DNA from: a virus | Taxonomy: Duplodnaviria > Heunggongvirae > Uroviricota > Caudoviricetes | Direction: 5' to 3' (one strand) | IMG/VR virus record: IMGVR_UViG_2687453297_000004 | DNA length: 38,250 nucleotides | In this document: piece by piece, positions 8,651 to 16,903 of the stretch | Position numbering within the stretch: position 1 is the stretch's first letter | Layout: every line of letters begins with the position of its first letter | Program-made: the position numbers and the translations under genes | Notes under the pieces: model-generated | What the model saw: only the letters and a program-made list of their open reading frames with translations | Database searches by the model: none | Told to the model about the DNA's origin: nothing

Positions 8651-9544
8651 ATGAGTGGTGATGTGAGAAATTATCGTATTGAGTTTCATCAGCTATCGTT
8701 TAAGGCCACAGATCAGCTGGCAAATCTCGGAGATGCTTTTCAATCTGTAATTGATAAACAGAGCCCTTCCTCTTCAAACCATGAGGGTTTTACTAGAGAA
8801 ATTTGGGGGTTGAAAAAACGCGCGGATGGTTCTTTTAGTGGAGAGTTGAGAAAATTTCGCAACTCGAACATTCCGGATAAAGGTGCACCAGGGAAACAGT
8901 CTACCCCTATTCCACTTGCCAAGGATGAAGGGATCATTGAGCGCAATTTCTTTGTATTCTATCCTCGAATCAATGTTATAGGTTGGCACTATAATCATAT
9001 GGCTTGTGGTATAAGCCGTTTTAGTGCATTTCTTTCAACTATCTTTGGTTCAAAGGTTAAGCCCGCACCTTTGCTGGAAAAAGATGCAATCGCTAGGCTT
9101 ATGAGAGGAGATGTCAAAATGAAAAAAATCCAGTTGACGATTCCTCGCCCCCGTAATCCTGAGTTTTACCCTGATACTGATTTCAGTCAAAAGACACTAC
9201 AACTGCTTGGTGATGCAGGTGCCGATACAATGCAAATTGTAATGGGGATTAATACTCGCCGTGGCGATAGTGATGGTAGGCTTAAGCAGAATATAAAATT
9301 TGCTATGCAAGAGTTAGTCGAGTTTGGGGCGAAAAAGGCTGTAATTGATGTGTTCGATGCTGATGGTGTTGTCCATCCTGTGGATTTGATTGCCGAGCGT
9401 ATTTCGTCCTATCAATCGGTAGTTACTGACGCTCGTTTCCCTCCAGCCGAAACCATGTACCGTCTAATCGATACTGCGTATGCTGAAAACCGGGAGAGTA
9501 TCAATGCATATATTGGAGAAGATGAACTCGGCCCTATTGCTTAG
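8651..9544 (+). CDS. Hypothetical 297-aa soluble protein; candidate RexA-like exclusion component
   Basis: SD AAGGA 9 nt upstream of the ATG; AT-rich composition compared with flanking prophage DNA; directly downstream of and co-oriented with the repressor; followed by an overlapping 4-TM protein gene. No motif recognised. Confidence 0.6.
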   Translation: MSGDVRNYRIEFHQLSFKATDQLANLGDAFQSVIDKQSPSSSNHEGFTREIWGLKKRADGSFSGELRKFRNSNIPDKGAPGKQSTPIPLAKDEGIIERNFFVFYPRINVIGWHYNHMACGISRFSAFLSTIFGSKVKPAPLLEKDAIARLMRGDVKMKKIQLTIPRPRNPEFYPDTDFSQKTLQLLGDAGADTMQIVMGINTRRGDSDGRLKQNIKFAMQELVEFGAKKAVIDVFDADGVVHPVDLIAERISSYQSVVTDARFPPAETMYRLIDTAYAENRESINAYIGEDELGPIA

Positions 9545-9941
9545 TTTATTGATTGGATGTGGGATTGGTTTTCTCTACTGGTTCAAGTTGCCCCATATGC
9601 CAGTAGCCGCAATCCCAAACTTCATGACTACATTGTCCAGTGTCTTTGCAACGTTGTTAGGTTTTATTATTACAGCAATTGCACTACTTGCATCATTGCT
9701 TGATAAACCGTTACTTAAAAACATGCAAAAAACCGGACATTACAAGCGTCTGATGACCGATGCATTCTACACTTGCTTAGTTTTGCTAGTGTTGGTGTTG
9801 ACATGTTTGATTGGGTTGATGCTGCAAAGTAAGCATCAAGAGATTGTAGCCGCTATCCTCATTGGGCTTGTTGTTATGTCTATGTTGTGTTTATTACAAA
9901 CAGGTAGGCGATTATTCAATATAATCAAAGTGATATCATAA
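9522..9941 (+). CDS. 139-aa four-TM membrane protein; candidate RexB-like partner
   Basis: Internal ATG at 9522 with GGAG upstream, overlapping the end of the preceding gene; four hydrophobic helices (SALLLSLLIGCGIGFLYWF, LSSVFATLLGFIITAIALLASLL, FYTCLVLLVLVLTCLIGLML, IVAAILIGLVVMSMLCLL). Confidence 0.55.
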   Translation: MNSALLLSLLIGCGIGFLYWFKLPHMPVAAIPNFMTTLSSVFATLLGFIITAIALLASLLDKPLLKNMQKTGHYKRLMTDAFYTCLVLLVLVLTCLIGLMLQSKHQEIVAAILIGLVVMSMLCLLQTGRRLFNIIKVIS

Positions 9942-9965
9942 CAATGCACCATCAGGTGCATTGTT
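9940..9965. terminator. Candidate bidirectional terminator hairpin between convergent genes
   Basis: Perfect 11-bp inverted repeat AACAATGCACC-ATCA-GGTGCATTGTT between the 4-TM gene (+) and the Dam gene (-); no clean U-tract, so it may be a processing or stability hairpin instead. Confidence 0.35.
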
Positions 9966-9993
9966 ATGCAAGACTACTTACCTCCTTCTGAGC

Positions 9994-10761
9994 CTACTCT
10001 AAATTACTTACAATAAGTTCGCGCCGTAGTGTTCCCTTTCCTGCAAGACTGTAGTTGACCTTCACACAGTGAATGTTCAGACCGTTAAAAACCTGCCGCA
10101 TTTCCGGGATATCGTTGACCGATATAATCATCTTTCCTCTGATGCAACGGGCCAGCTCTGCCAACCGCGAGTAGTTCCCTTCAGGAAAATCCACACCATA
10201 GCCTTCCGTACCCAGGTACGGTGGGTCGCAGTAGAACAGCGTGTGCGGACGGTCATAACGCTCAATGCACTGTTGCCAGTCCATGTGTTCTATCACCGTT
10301 CTGGAAAGTCGCAGGTGTGCCGCTGAGAGCTCTTCCTCAATACGCAGCAGGTTGAAGCGTGGCGGGGATGTGGTGGAGGTGCCGAAACTATGCTCTGCCA
10401 CCTTGCCACCAAACGCCTGCTTCTGGAGGTAGTAGAACCGTGCCGCACGCTGGATATCCGTCAGTGTTTCTTCCGGGGTGATCTGCAGCCATTTGTAGAT
10501 CTGACGGCTGACCAGCGCCCATTTGAACTGGCGGACAAATTCTTCCAGGTGATGCTTTACCACCCGGTACAGATTCACCAGTTCACCGTTGATATCATTG
10601 ATGACTTCGATCTTGCCGGGTGTCTTAAGAAAATAGAGCGCTGCTGCCCCACAAAACGGCTCCACATAACATTCATGCGCCGGAAACAGCGGCAGAATGT
10701 GTTTTGCAAGGCGGCGTTTGCCACCAATCCACGGCACGATGGGTAATGTCTGCATTTTCAT
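9994..10761 (-). CDS. Orphan DNA N6-adenine methyltransferase (Dam-like)
   Basis: Motif I-like PWIGGKRR and motif IV DPPY (FYCDPPYLGTEGYG); start taken at the internal ATG 10761 (MKMQTLPIVPWIGGK), although the ORF is open to 10851; no adjacent restriction endonuclease gene seen. Confidence 0.8.
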   Translation of the reverse strand: MKMQTLPIVPWIGGKRRLAKHILPLFPAHECYVEPFCGAAALYFLKTPGKIEVINDINGELVNLYRVVKHHLEEFVRQFKWALVSRQIYKWLQITPEETLTDIQRAARFYYLQKQAFGGKVAEHSFGTSTTSPPRFNLLRIEEELSAAHLRLSRTVIEHMDWQQCIERYDRPHTLFYCDPPYLGTEGYGVDFPEGNYSRLAELARCIRGKMIISVNDIPEMRQVFNGLNIHCVKVNYSLAGKGTLRRELIVSNLE

Positions 10762-10865
10762 AATCTGTAAGCCTTTTACAATTATTAAAAAATATGGCAG
10801 TCTGGTCAGGTCTCGCGAGACTGACTGAACCTTGGTCGGCTCACAGCGCATTCCTGTGGGGCGAT

Positions 10866-10897
10866 GACCAGCCCGGCTTTCGGGTGCCGGGCTGGTC
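10866..10897. repeat. 11-bp perfect inverted repeat (GACCAGCCCGG / CCGGGCTGGTC) forming a GC-rich hairpin
   Basis: Read directly from the sequence in the intergenic region between the 71-aa ORF and Dam; a 12-bp perfect palindrome GTCTCGCGAGAC lies nearby at about 10809..10820. Confidence 0.6.
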
Positions 10898-10951
10898 GTT
10901 CTTTCATGATGCGGCAGGGATGGCGGGATTTCTGTTAATGTGGTTTAGGGA

Positions 10952-11167
10952 TTATCCGGGGCGATTTTCTGACCTTATCCGGTCCAGGGCATAAGTAATA
11001 CCTTCTGCAAAAACAGAAGTATCAAACTGCTTTTGTATTCCCTGAAAATGAAAAGCGGCACGACAGACACTCAGTTCTCCGCGGTATAACCGGATAATAT
11101 CTTCCAGAACATTGTTCACTGCTTCAGCACGGCGCTGATGTTCTGTTAACGTTAATCGGGGATTCAT
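10952..11167 (-). CDS. Hypothetical small protein (71 aa)
   Basis: Strong SD AAGGAG 7 nt upstream of the ATG on the minus strand; co-oriented with the Dam and NTPase genes. Confidence 0.45.
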   Translation of the reverse strand: MNPRLTLTEHQRRAEAVNNVLEDIIRLYRGELSVCRAAFHFQGIQKQFDTSVFAEGITYALDRIRSENRPG

Positions 11168-11570
11168 GATGCACTCCTTAAATGATGATTTTTATGTACT
11201 CACCGGCAAAATATTCTGCCGATTACTGAACACGCATCCGGCACCTCAGGTTTTGATTTATTCTGGTTTTTTCGATATCCCGGACCAGGTTGATCACGAC
11301 CAGAAAAAGTGCCGGTGTTTTATTGATACGCTGATATGGCTTCGGGATAACAGCTATATTCGTTACTCTCAGTTGCTGGCTGTGGGAGCGGCTGATGTCG
11401 TCCTCACGGAAAAAACGCTCTGTCTGCTCAATGCCATGCCGACCTTTCTGCAGCCCCGGCCCGTACCATTTAAAGAGTCACTTCTGGATGCAGTAAAAAC
11501 CGGTGAAAATGCAGTCATCGCTGAATGCGTATCCCGGATTATGCGTTACGTGTTTAATGAACGTAAGTGA
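11166..11570 (+). CDS. Hypothetical protein (134 aa), uncertain
   Basis: Long open frame exactly filling the gap between two minus-strand genes; weak SD; its start codon overlaps the divergent start of the 71-aa ORF, so only one of the two may be real. Confidence 0.3.
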   Translation: MMHSLNDDFYVLTGKIFCRLLNTHPAPQVLIYSGFFDIPDQVDHDQKKCRCFIDTLIWLRDNSYIRYSQLLAVGAADVVLTEKTLCLLNAMPTFLQPRPVPFKESLLDAVKTGENAVIAECVSRIMRYVFNERK

Positions 11571-12274
11571 GGTTTATCCGCTGTCTGCATAATCCCGATA
11601 GCCAGTGCGAGGGGAAGTAATTCCGGGGAAACTCTTTCAAACAGCGATGCCCATTCTCCTCTCGCCATCACTCTGTCCAGCCCGCCCCCCAACTGCATTT
11701 CAGCAATCTTCCTGATTTCCCGGAACAACGCCGCTTTGATCTCTTCATGCTCAGCTTTATTTTCCGGTGTCAGAAGGTATTCGTCGAAGAACCGGGGAGG
11801 CTGGTTAATCGGGATGTGTTCCTGTTTGCCGTACTTCGGAGACGAACAACATTCTGTTGGCTGACCGGTGAGTTTACGTAACTCCTTCATGAGCAGCTCC
11901 TGATCGTAAACTGTCATCAGTGCCGCAATGGTGGCATGCAGTGCATCGGGCAGTATCCAGGGTTGCCGGCCCGTGGGGCATATAACATCCAGCAGCTCAT
12001 TCGTCCGACAGATACGCTCCTCGCCGTATGACAACAGGCCCTGTCCCGTGTATTCCTCCAGCCTGATCACTGTGCCACCCCGTGGCTTCTGCCAGGTCGT
12101 CAGATCTTCGCCATTCATACGGCGCTCATTCTCCACGTCAGCAGCATCGACAATGACGCTGTTTCCGAGTTCCTGTTTCACCATCTCTTCTATCCGCGCC
12201 AGTACGTAACTTTTACCGCTGCCCACAGGACCGGACACAGTGACAGTGATGACCGGATTCAGTGTGTGCGTCAT
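11546..12274 (-). CDS. P-loop NTPase of unknown function
   Basis: 242 aa; Walker A GPVGSGKSY near the N-terminus and Walker B-like VIVDAADVE; strong SD GAGGAG upstream; divergent from the late operon. Confidence 0.6.
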   Translation of the reverse strand: MTHTLNPVITVTVSGPVGSGKSYVLARIEEMVKQELGNSVIVDAADVENERRMNGEDLTTWQKPRGGTVIRLEEYTGQGLLSYGEERICRTNELLDVICPTGRQPWILPDALHATIAALMTVYDQELLMKELRKLTGQPTECCSSPKYGKQEHIPINQPPRFFDEYLLTPENKAEHEEIKAALFREIRKIAEMQLGGGLDRVMARGEWASLFERVSPELLPLALAIGIMQTADKPHLRSLNT

Positions 12275-12404
12275 ATCGTATTCTCCTCTGTGAATAATTC
12301 ATCGTTTATCCTGCACATCCCGTATCCCCGGCTCTCTTAACGCGCTTTAAAATCCTTTGCGCCCTGTATTTGTGATGCTGTCTCCACCAAACGAGGAGAC
12401 ACAC

Positions 12405-12755
12405 ATGAAAAACCTGAAAAAATTCATTCCCCCTGTTAAAAAACCTCGCCTCAGCGGCTGGCTGCTGACCTCAGTGCTGTTGCTGGGCACCATCGCTCTG
12501 GTCTCACCACAGCAGCTGCCTGTTGTGATCTACAAGCTGGCACTCATCACGCTGGCAGCAGTGCTGGGTTACTGGCTTGACCGTTCGCTCTTCCCCAAAG
12601 CCCGTCCCGGTCAGTACCTGAAACATGACGACAGGCTGATGGCTGAAGGGCGTTTCCCGGTACAGACCGGCCTTCACCTGGTGTTTTCTGCTGCGTTAAT
12701 CCGCCGTGCACTGATTGTTGCAGCGGTCTGCCTGGCTGTTGCGATGGGGCTTTAA
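12405..12755 (+). CDS. Putative holin / small membrane protein at the head of the late operon
   Basis: 116 aa from ATG 12405 (SD AGGAGA); two to three TM helices; immediately precedes the endolysin gene. The ORF track's longer start at 12357 lacks an SD. Confidence 0.5.
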   Translation: MKNLKKFIPPVKKPRLSGWLLTSVLLLGTIALVSPQQLPVVIYKLALITLAAVLGYWLDRSLFPKARPGQYLKHDDRLMAEGRFPVQTGLHLVFSAALIRRALIVAAVCLAVAMGL

Positions 12756-12757
12756 TC

Positions 12758-13498
12758 ATGAACTGGCCGCAGATCACCTGGATTGTATGCATGTCCCTGA
12801 AACTGGCTTTCGAAGCCTTTCGGGTCTTCATCAGAACCGAACGCCTGTCAGTCCGCGCCGGGACCTTTCTGGTTCATATGGCATGGGTATTCTTTGTCGC
12901 AATGTTGCTCTGGTGTGGCGGCTTTTTCAGCCAGGCATGCGCAGCACAACCTCCGCAGGCTGCGCTGCAGTATCGCGATGATGTGATCCGTAATGCCCGG
13001 CTTGAATGGGGACTGTCTGCGCCGGTGGCCGATTTCGCCGCGCAACTGCATCAGGAAAGCGGCTGGCGACCTGATGCGATCTCGCCGGCTGGCGCTCAGG
13101 GACTGGCGCAGTTCATGCCTGCCACTGCCGACTGGATAAGCCAGTTGATACCGATGCTGAGCAGTCGTGAGCCGTTTAATCCGGCATGGGCTATCCGGGC
13201 GCTGGTCAGCTATGACCGCTGGCTGTGGCAGCGTGTCAGCGCCGCCAGTGACTGCGAGCGTATGGCCATGACACTGTCGGGCTATAACGGTGGTCTGGGC
13301 TGGGTACAACGGGACAGGCGGCTTGCATCACAGAAAGGTCTGGACAGCACCCGCTGGTTCGGACATGTCGCCACGGTGAATGCCGGACGCAATGCGGCCA
13401 GCTGGCGGGAGAACCGCCATTATCCGCAGCGCATCCTGCGCGAACTGGCACCGCGATATCTCACATGGGGAGGCAGCAGTTGTGTGGCATCTGGTTAA
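12758..13498 (+). CDS. Endolysin, SLT-type lytic transglycosylase with N-terminal SAR-like hydrophobic segment
   Basis: Catalytic-domain motif LHQESGWRPDAISPAGAQGLAQFMP; N-terminal Gly/Ala/Cys-rich hydrophobic stretch MAWVFFVAMLLWCGGFFSQACAA; exact start uncertain (12758 or 12878). Confidence 0.75.
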   Translation: MNWPQITWIVCMSLKLAFEAFRVFIRTERLSVRAGTFLVHMAWVFFVAMLLWCGGFFSQACAAQPPQAALQYRDDVIRNARLEWGLSAPVADFAAQLHQESGWRPDAISPAGAQGLAQFMPATADWISQLIPMLSSREPFNPAWAIRALVSYDRWLWQRVSAASDCERMAMTLSGYNGGLGWVQRDRRLASQKGLDSTRWFGHVATVNAGRNAASWRENRHYPQRILRELAPRYLTWGGSSCVASG

Positions 13499-14132
13499 AA
13501 AGCTGCCGTGGCGCGGCATTCTGCTGGCCATTCTTATCAATGCCTTTCTGGTCGGCCTGTATGCCATGGGATACAGAAGTGGTCATGACTCTGCAAAGCG
13601 TGACGGTGATACCGCGCTCAGTCAGTTGCAGTCAGCATTTGACGCGTACAAAACGGAGCAGGCAACGCTTGAGAATGCTGCGCTGTGGGCCTGGGCCAGA
13701 CGGTATCAGGAGCAGGTGGCCGCCGGGCAGCGGGCTGAAGCCGGTTATCTTGAGCAGATTGCTCAACTGGAGAGCCGGAATAAACAACTACAGGGGCAAA
13801 TTAACGATGTCACACAGCGCTGGATTGATGAAAAAGGTAAGAGCCATCCCATTGAGTGCGTGTTTACTCGCGGTTTCGTGCGCCAGTACAACGCCGCACT
13901 CGGATATGACAACGCATCCGTCGACACCGGTCATTCAGACTCAGTTGCCGCCGCTGGCACCCGCTCTGGCACAGCGACCGGGCAACCTGAAACCGCTGAC
14001 GCCCGGTTACGCAATTCGGGTGTCTCCCAGCTTGACGTCCTTGCCAACATCATCGACAACGCAGGGCAATGTCGTCGCTGGCGAAACCAGATAAACGCGC
14101 TACTGGATGAACGGGAAGGATTACAGAAATGA
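13482..14132 (+). CDS. i-spanin (Rz-like)
   Basis: GTG start with GGAGG SD; N-terminal TM WRGILLAILINAFLVGLYAMG followed by a coiled-coil-like periplasmic domain; directly after the endolysin. Confidence 0.65.
   Translation: MWHLVKKLPWRGILLAILINAFLVGLYAMGYRSGHDSAKRDGDTALSQLQSAFDAYKTEQATLENAALWAWARRYQEQVAAGQRAEAGYLEQIAQLESRNKQLQGQINDVTQRWIDEKGKSHPIECVFTRGFVRQYNAALGYDNASVDTGHSDSVAAAGTRSGTATGQPETADARLRNSGVSQLDVLANIIDNAGQCRRWRNQINALLDEREGLQK
13828..14094 (+). CDS. o-spanin (Rz1-like lipoprotein), embedded in the i-spanin gene in an alternate frame
   Basis: 88 aa; signal peptide MKKVRAIPLSACLLAVSC with lipobox-like LSAC/AVSC; proline-rich mature region; lies entirely inside the i-spanin ORF. Confidence 0.6.
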   Translation: MKKVRAIPLSACLLAVSCASTTPHSDMTTHPSTPVIQTQLPPLAPALAQRPGNLKPLTPGYAIRVSPSLTSLPTSSTTQGNVVAGETR

Positions 14133-14455
14133 CACTGCAGGTTGAATTCTGGACGGTGGTGAGTTTTTTGCTCACCTTCATGGGGTTTGTGGGAGGGCTC
14201 GCCAAATGGTTGTTCAGTAAAACAGAAGAACGCCAGGCGGCACGATTCGCCTCCCTTGAGCAGGCCCTGCAACAGTCCGCCTCCAACTGGGGCGAACTGG
14301 AAAAAGAATTTATGCGATTTAAAGCGGATTTACCGCTGAATTATGTCCGTCGCGAGGATTATATCCGTGGCCAGACAGTCATCGAGGCCAAACTGGACGC
14401 GCTCTACAACAAACTGGAAGTGGTACAGCAGTACCGCAATACCGGAGGTCAATAA
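14129..14455 (+). CDS. Membrane-anchored protein (N-terminal TM plus coiled coil)
   Basis: 108 aa; TM WTVVSFLLTFMGFVGGLAKWLF; ATG overlaps the i-spanin stop; SD GGAAGGA. Confidence 0.5.
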   Translation: MTLQVEFWTVVSFLLTFMGFVGGLAKWLFSKTEERQAARFASLEQALQQSASNWGELEKEFMRFKADLPLNYVRREDYIRGQTVIEAKLDALYNKLEVVQQYRNTGGQ

Positions 14456-14766
14456 TGGTCGATATTACCCGGGTACGCCGAGAATCCCTGCGCTGGAGTC
14501 TGCTGGTTGCCCTGAACAAGACCCGCCCTTACACCGCCAGCGAGACGCTGCTGCTGGATGTGTCCCGTGCCATCTACCCGGACACCACACCGCTGGAACT
14601 GCGCCGCGAACTGGATTATCTGGCTGACCGTAAAATGGTTGATCTGGAGAAAAAACCTTCTGGCGACTGGTTTGCTGACCTGACCCGCCTCGGCGTAGAC
14701 CTGGTGGAATACACCGTGGAATGTGGTCCGGGTATTGCCCGCCCGGAAAAGTACTGGAGTGAATAA
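14455..14766 (+). CDS. Hypothetical late protein
   Basis: 103-aa ORF translationally coupled on both sides (TAATG overlaps). Confidence 0.45.
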   Translation: MVDITRVRRESLRWSLLVALNKTRPYTASETLLLDVSRAIYPDTTPLELRRELDYLADRKMVDLEKKPSGDWFADLTRLGVDLVEYTVECGPGIARPEKYWSE

Positions 14767-15311
14767 TGGCCAGACGCAGCACAATAGAAAAGCTGCCGGA
14801 AGACGTGCGCCGCTGGCTTGAACGGGCGCTGACTGAATCCGGCTTCAGCGGGTATAACGAGCTGGAGTCCCTGCTGCGTGAGCGGGGGTACGTCATCAGC
14901 AAATCCGCTATCCATCGCTATGGACAGAAGATTGAGCGCCGCTATGGTGCTATCCGTGCGGCAACAGAAGCGGCCCGCATGCTGACCGAAGGCGCAGCAG
15001 ACGATCAGGATGCGCGTTCGGAGGCTGTGATAGCCCTTATTCAGACCGAGCTGTTCGAGAGTATTGTCCAGTTGCAGGAGGCGGAAGAAGGCGAAGTCGA
15101 TCCTAAAGAACGCGTGGCCCTGCTGTCGAAGGTGGCGAAGAATGTGGCTACGCTGTCCCGCGCGTCCGTCAACCTCAAAAAGTTCCAGTCTGAAGTACGG
15201 GCCAGAGCGCAGCAGGCAGCCAGCAACGCCGAGAAAATTGCCCGTAAGGGGGGACTGTCAAGCGACGCAGTACAGGCGCTTCGTCGCGAGATTCTGGGGA
15301 TTGCCACATGA
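14766..15311 (+). CDS. Putative small terminase / DNA-binding packaging protein (Mu gp27-like)
   Basis: 181 aa immediately upstream of and overlapping the large terminase gene; N-terminal HTH-like region. Confidence 0.5.
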   Translation: MARRSTIEKLPEDVRRWLERALTESGFSGYNELESLLRERGYVISKSAIHRYGQKIERRYGAIRAATEAARMLTEGAADDQDARSEAVIALIQTELFESIVQLQEAEEGEVDPKERVALLSKVAKNVATLSRASVNLKKFQSEVRARAQQAASNAEKIARKGGLSSDAVQALRREILGIAT

Positions 15312-16903
15312 CAAAATCATCCGGAGTGATTTTAAACGCCGCTGGCGGCGGCCCCGAAGGGATGAGTCCCATGGACGGGAGGAATAACCTTGCTCCCGTT
15401 TTGCCTGATACCTCGGCGCTGGATGCCCCTCCCGTTCTGTTGCCTTACCAGCAGCGCTGGGTGGCAGACACCTCTCCGCTTAAGGTGATAGAAAAGAGCC
15501 GTCGTACCGGTATTACATGGGCTGAGGCATCCGATAACGTACTGACCGCCGCCTCTTCTGCGCCAGCAGGCGGGATGAATGTGTATTACATCGCTTATAA
15601 CCAGGACATGACCGTCGAATACATTCAGGCGTGTGCGATGTGGGCACGGGCATTCAACTATGCGGCCAGTGAAATTGAAGAAGGATTCTGGGAAGAGGAC
15701 GACGACGACAAACACATCAGGACTTACACCATCAAATTTCCTGACTCCGGCTTTCGTATTGTTGCGCTCTCCAGCCGCCCGTCTAACCTGCGTGGCCGTC
15801 AGGGTATTATTGTTATCGACGAAGCGGCGTTCCATGAGCAACTGGACGAACTGCTGAAAGCGGCGCTGGCGATGCTTGTCTGGGGGGGAAAGGTACGCGT
15901 TATCTCCACCCATAACGGTGACGACAATCCGTTCAATACCCTTATCGGGGATATCCGTGCCGGACGTCAGGGAGGCAGCATACATCGCATCACTTTCCGG
16001 GAAGCCGTATCTGAGGGGCTGTTCCGGCGCGTCTGTCTGCGCACCGGGAAGGAATGGTCGGAGGCATCCGAGCAGGCCTGGATGGCATCGGTGTACAAAT
16101 TCTACGGTGCCGGCGCATCCGAAGAGCTTGACTGTATTCCGGCCAACGGTGGCGGTGCCTGGCTGTCCCGTGCCCTGATAGAGTCCCGCATGTCCGCTGA
16201 TACGCCGGTATTGCGTCTGACCTGCAAGGAAGGTTATGAACTGCTGTCTGATGAGGTTCGCTTCCGCGAGACGCAGGACTGGCTTGATGAGTATCTGAAA
16301 CCCTTGCTGGAGGCACTCCCCACTGATGCCCGCTCTTTCCTGGGGCGCGACTTTGGCCGTAGCGGTGATTTGTCGGTGGACTATCCCCTGCTGCAGGAGA
16401 AGAACCTGGTACGACGCGTGCCATTCGTACTGGAGCTGCGTAACGTGCCGTTCAGACAGCAGGAGCAAATCACCTGGTATCTGATGGATGGCCTGCCCGG
16501 TCTGCTGGGTGCAGCGTTTGATGCCCGTGGTAATGGTGCCTATCTGGCTGAATACGCCATGCAGCGCTACGGCTCCAGCCGGGTTCAGCAGGTGATGCCA
16601 ACCGAAGGCTGGTACCGGGAGCATATGCCTCCGGTCAAAGCTGCACTGGAAGACGGTAACCTGGTGGACTTACCAAAGGATGAAGACACACTGGATGACC
16701 TGCGGGCCGTTCAGGTGGTGAACGGTGTCCCCCGCGTACCGGAGCAACGCTCAAAAGCAAAGGCTGACGGTGGTAAACGCCACGGGGATTCAGCCATCGC
16801 ACTGGCGCTGGCGTATTTCGCCAGCCGTGAAATTAACAAAGGGCCGGTGAAGGCAAGCTCACGCCGTCGTCGTCAGGCGGCCCGCATGCTGGAGGGGTAC
16901 TGA
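15308..16903 (+). CDS. Terminase large subunit (Mu gp28-like)
   Basis: 531 aa; position before the portal; start overlaps the upstream stop (ATGA). Confidence 0.75.
   Translation: MTKSSGVILNAAGGGPEGMSPMDGRNNLAPVLPDTSALDAPPVLLPYQQRWVADTSPLKVIEKSRRTGITWAEASDNVLTAASSAPAGGMNVYYIAYNQDMTVEYIQACAMWARAFNYAASEIEEGFWEEDDDDKHIRTYTIKFPDSGFRIVALSSRPSNLRGRQGIIVIDEAAFHEQLDELLKAALAMLVWGGKVRVISTHNGDDNPFNTLIGDIRAGRQGGSIHRITFREAVSEGLFRRVCLRTGKEWSEASEQAWMASVYKFYGAGASEELDCIPANGGGAWLSRALIESRMSADTPVLRLTCKEGYELLSDEVRFRETQDWLDEYLKPLLEALPTDARSFLGRDFGRSGDLSVDYPLLQEKNLVRRVPFVLELRNVPFRQQEQITWYLMDGLPGLLGAAFDARGNGAYLAEYAMQRYGSSRVQQVMPTEGWYREHMPPVKAALEDGNLVDLPKDEDTLDDLRAVQVVNGVPRVPEQRSKAKADGGKRHGDSAIALALAYFASREINKGPVKASSRRRRQAARMLEGY

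Noticed and set aside
15332-16624. 430-aa minus-strand ORF
   Set aside because: Lies entirely antisense to the large terminase gene; Arg/Gly/His-rich low-complexity translation typical of a shadow frame in GC-rich coding DNA.
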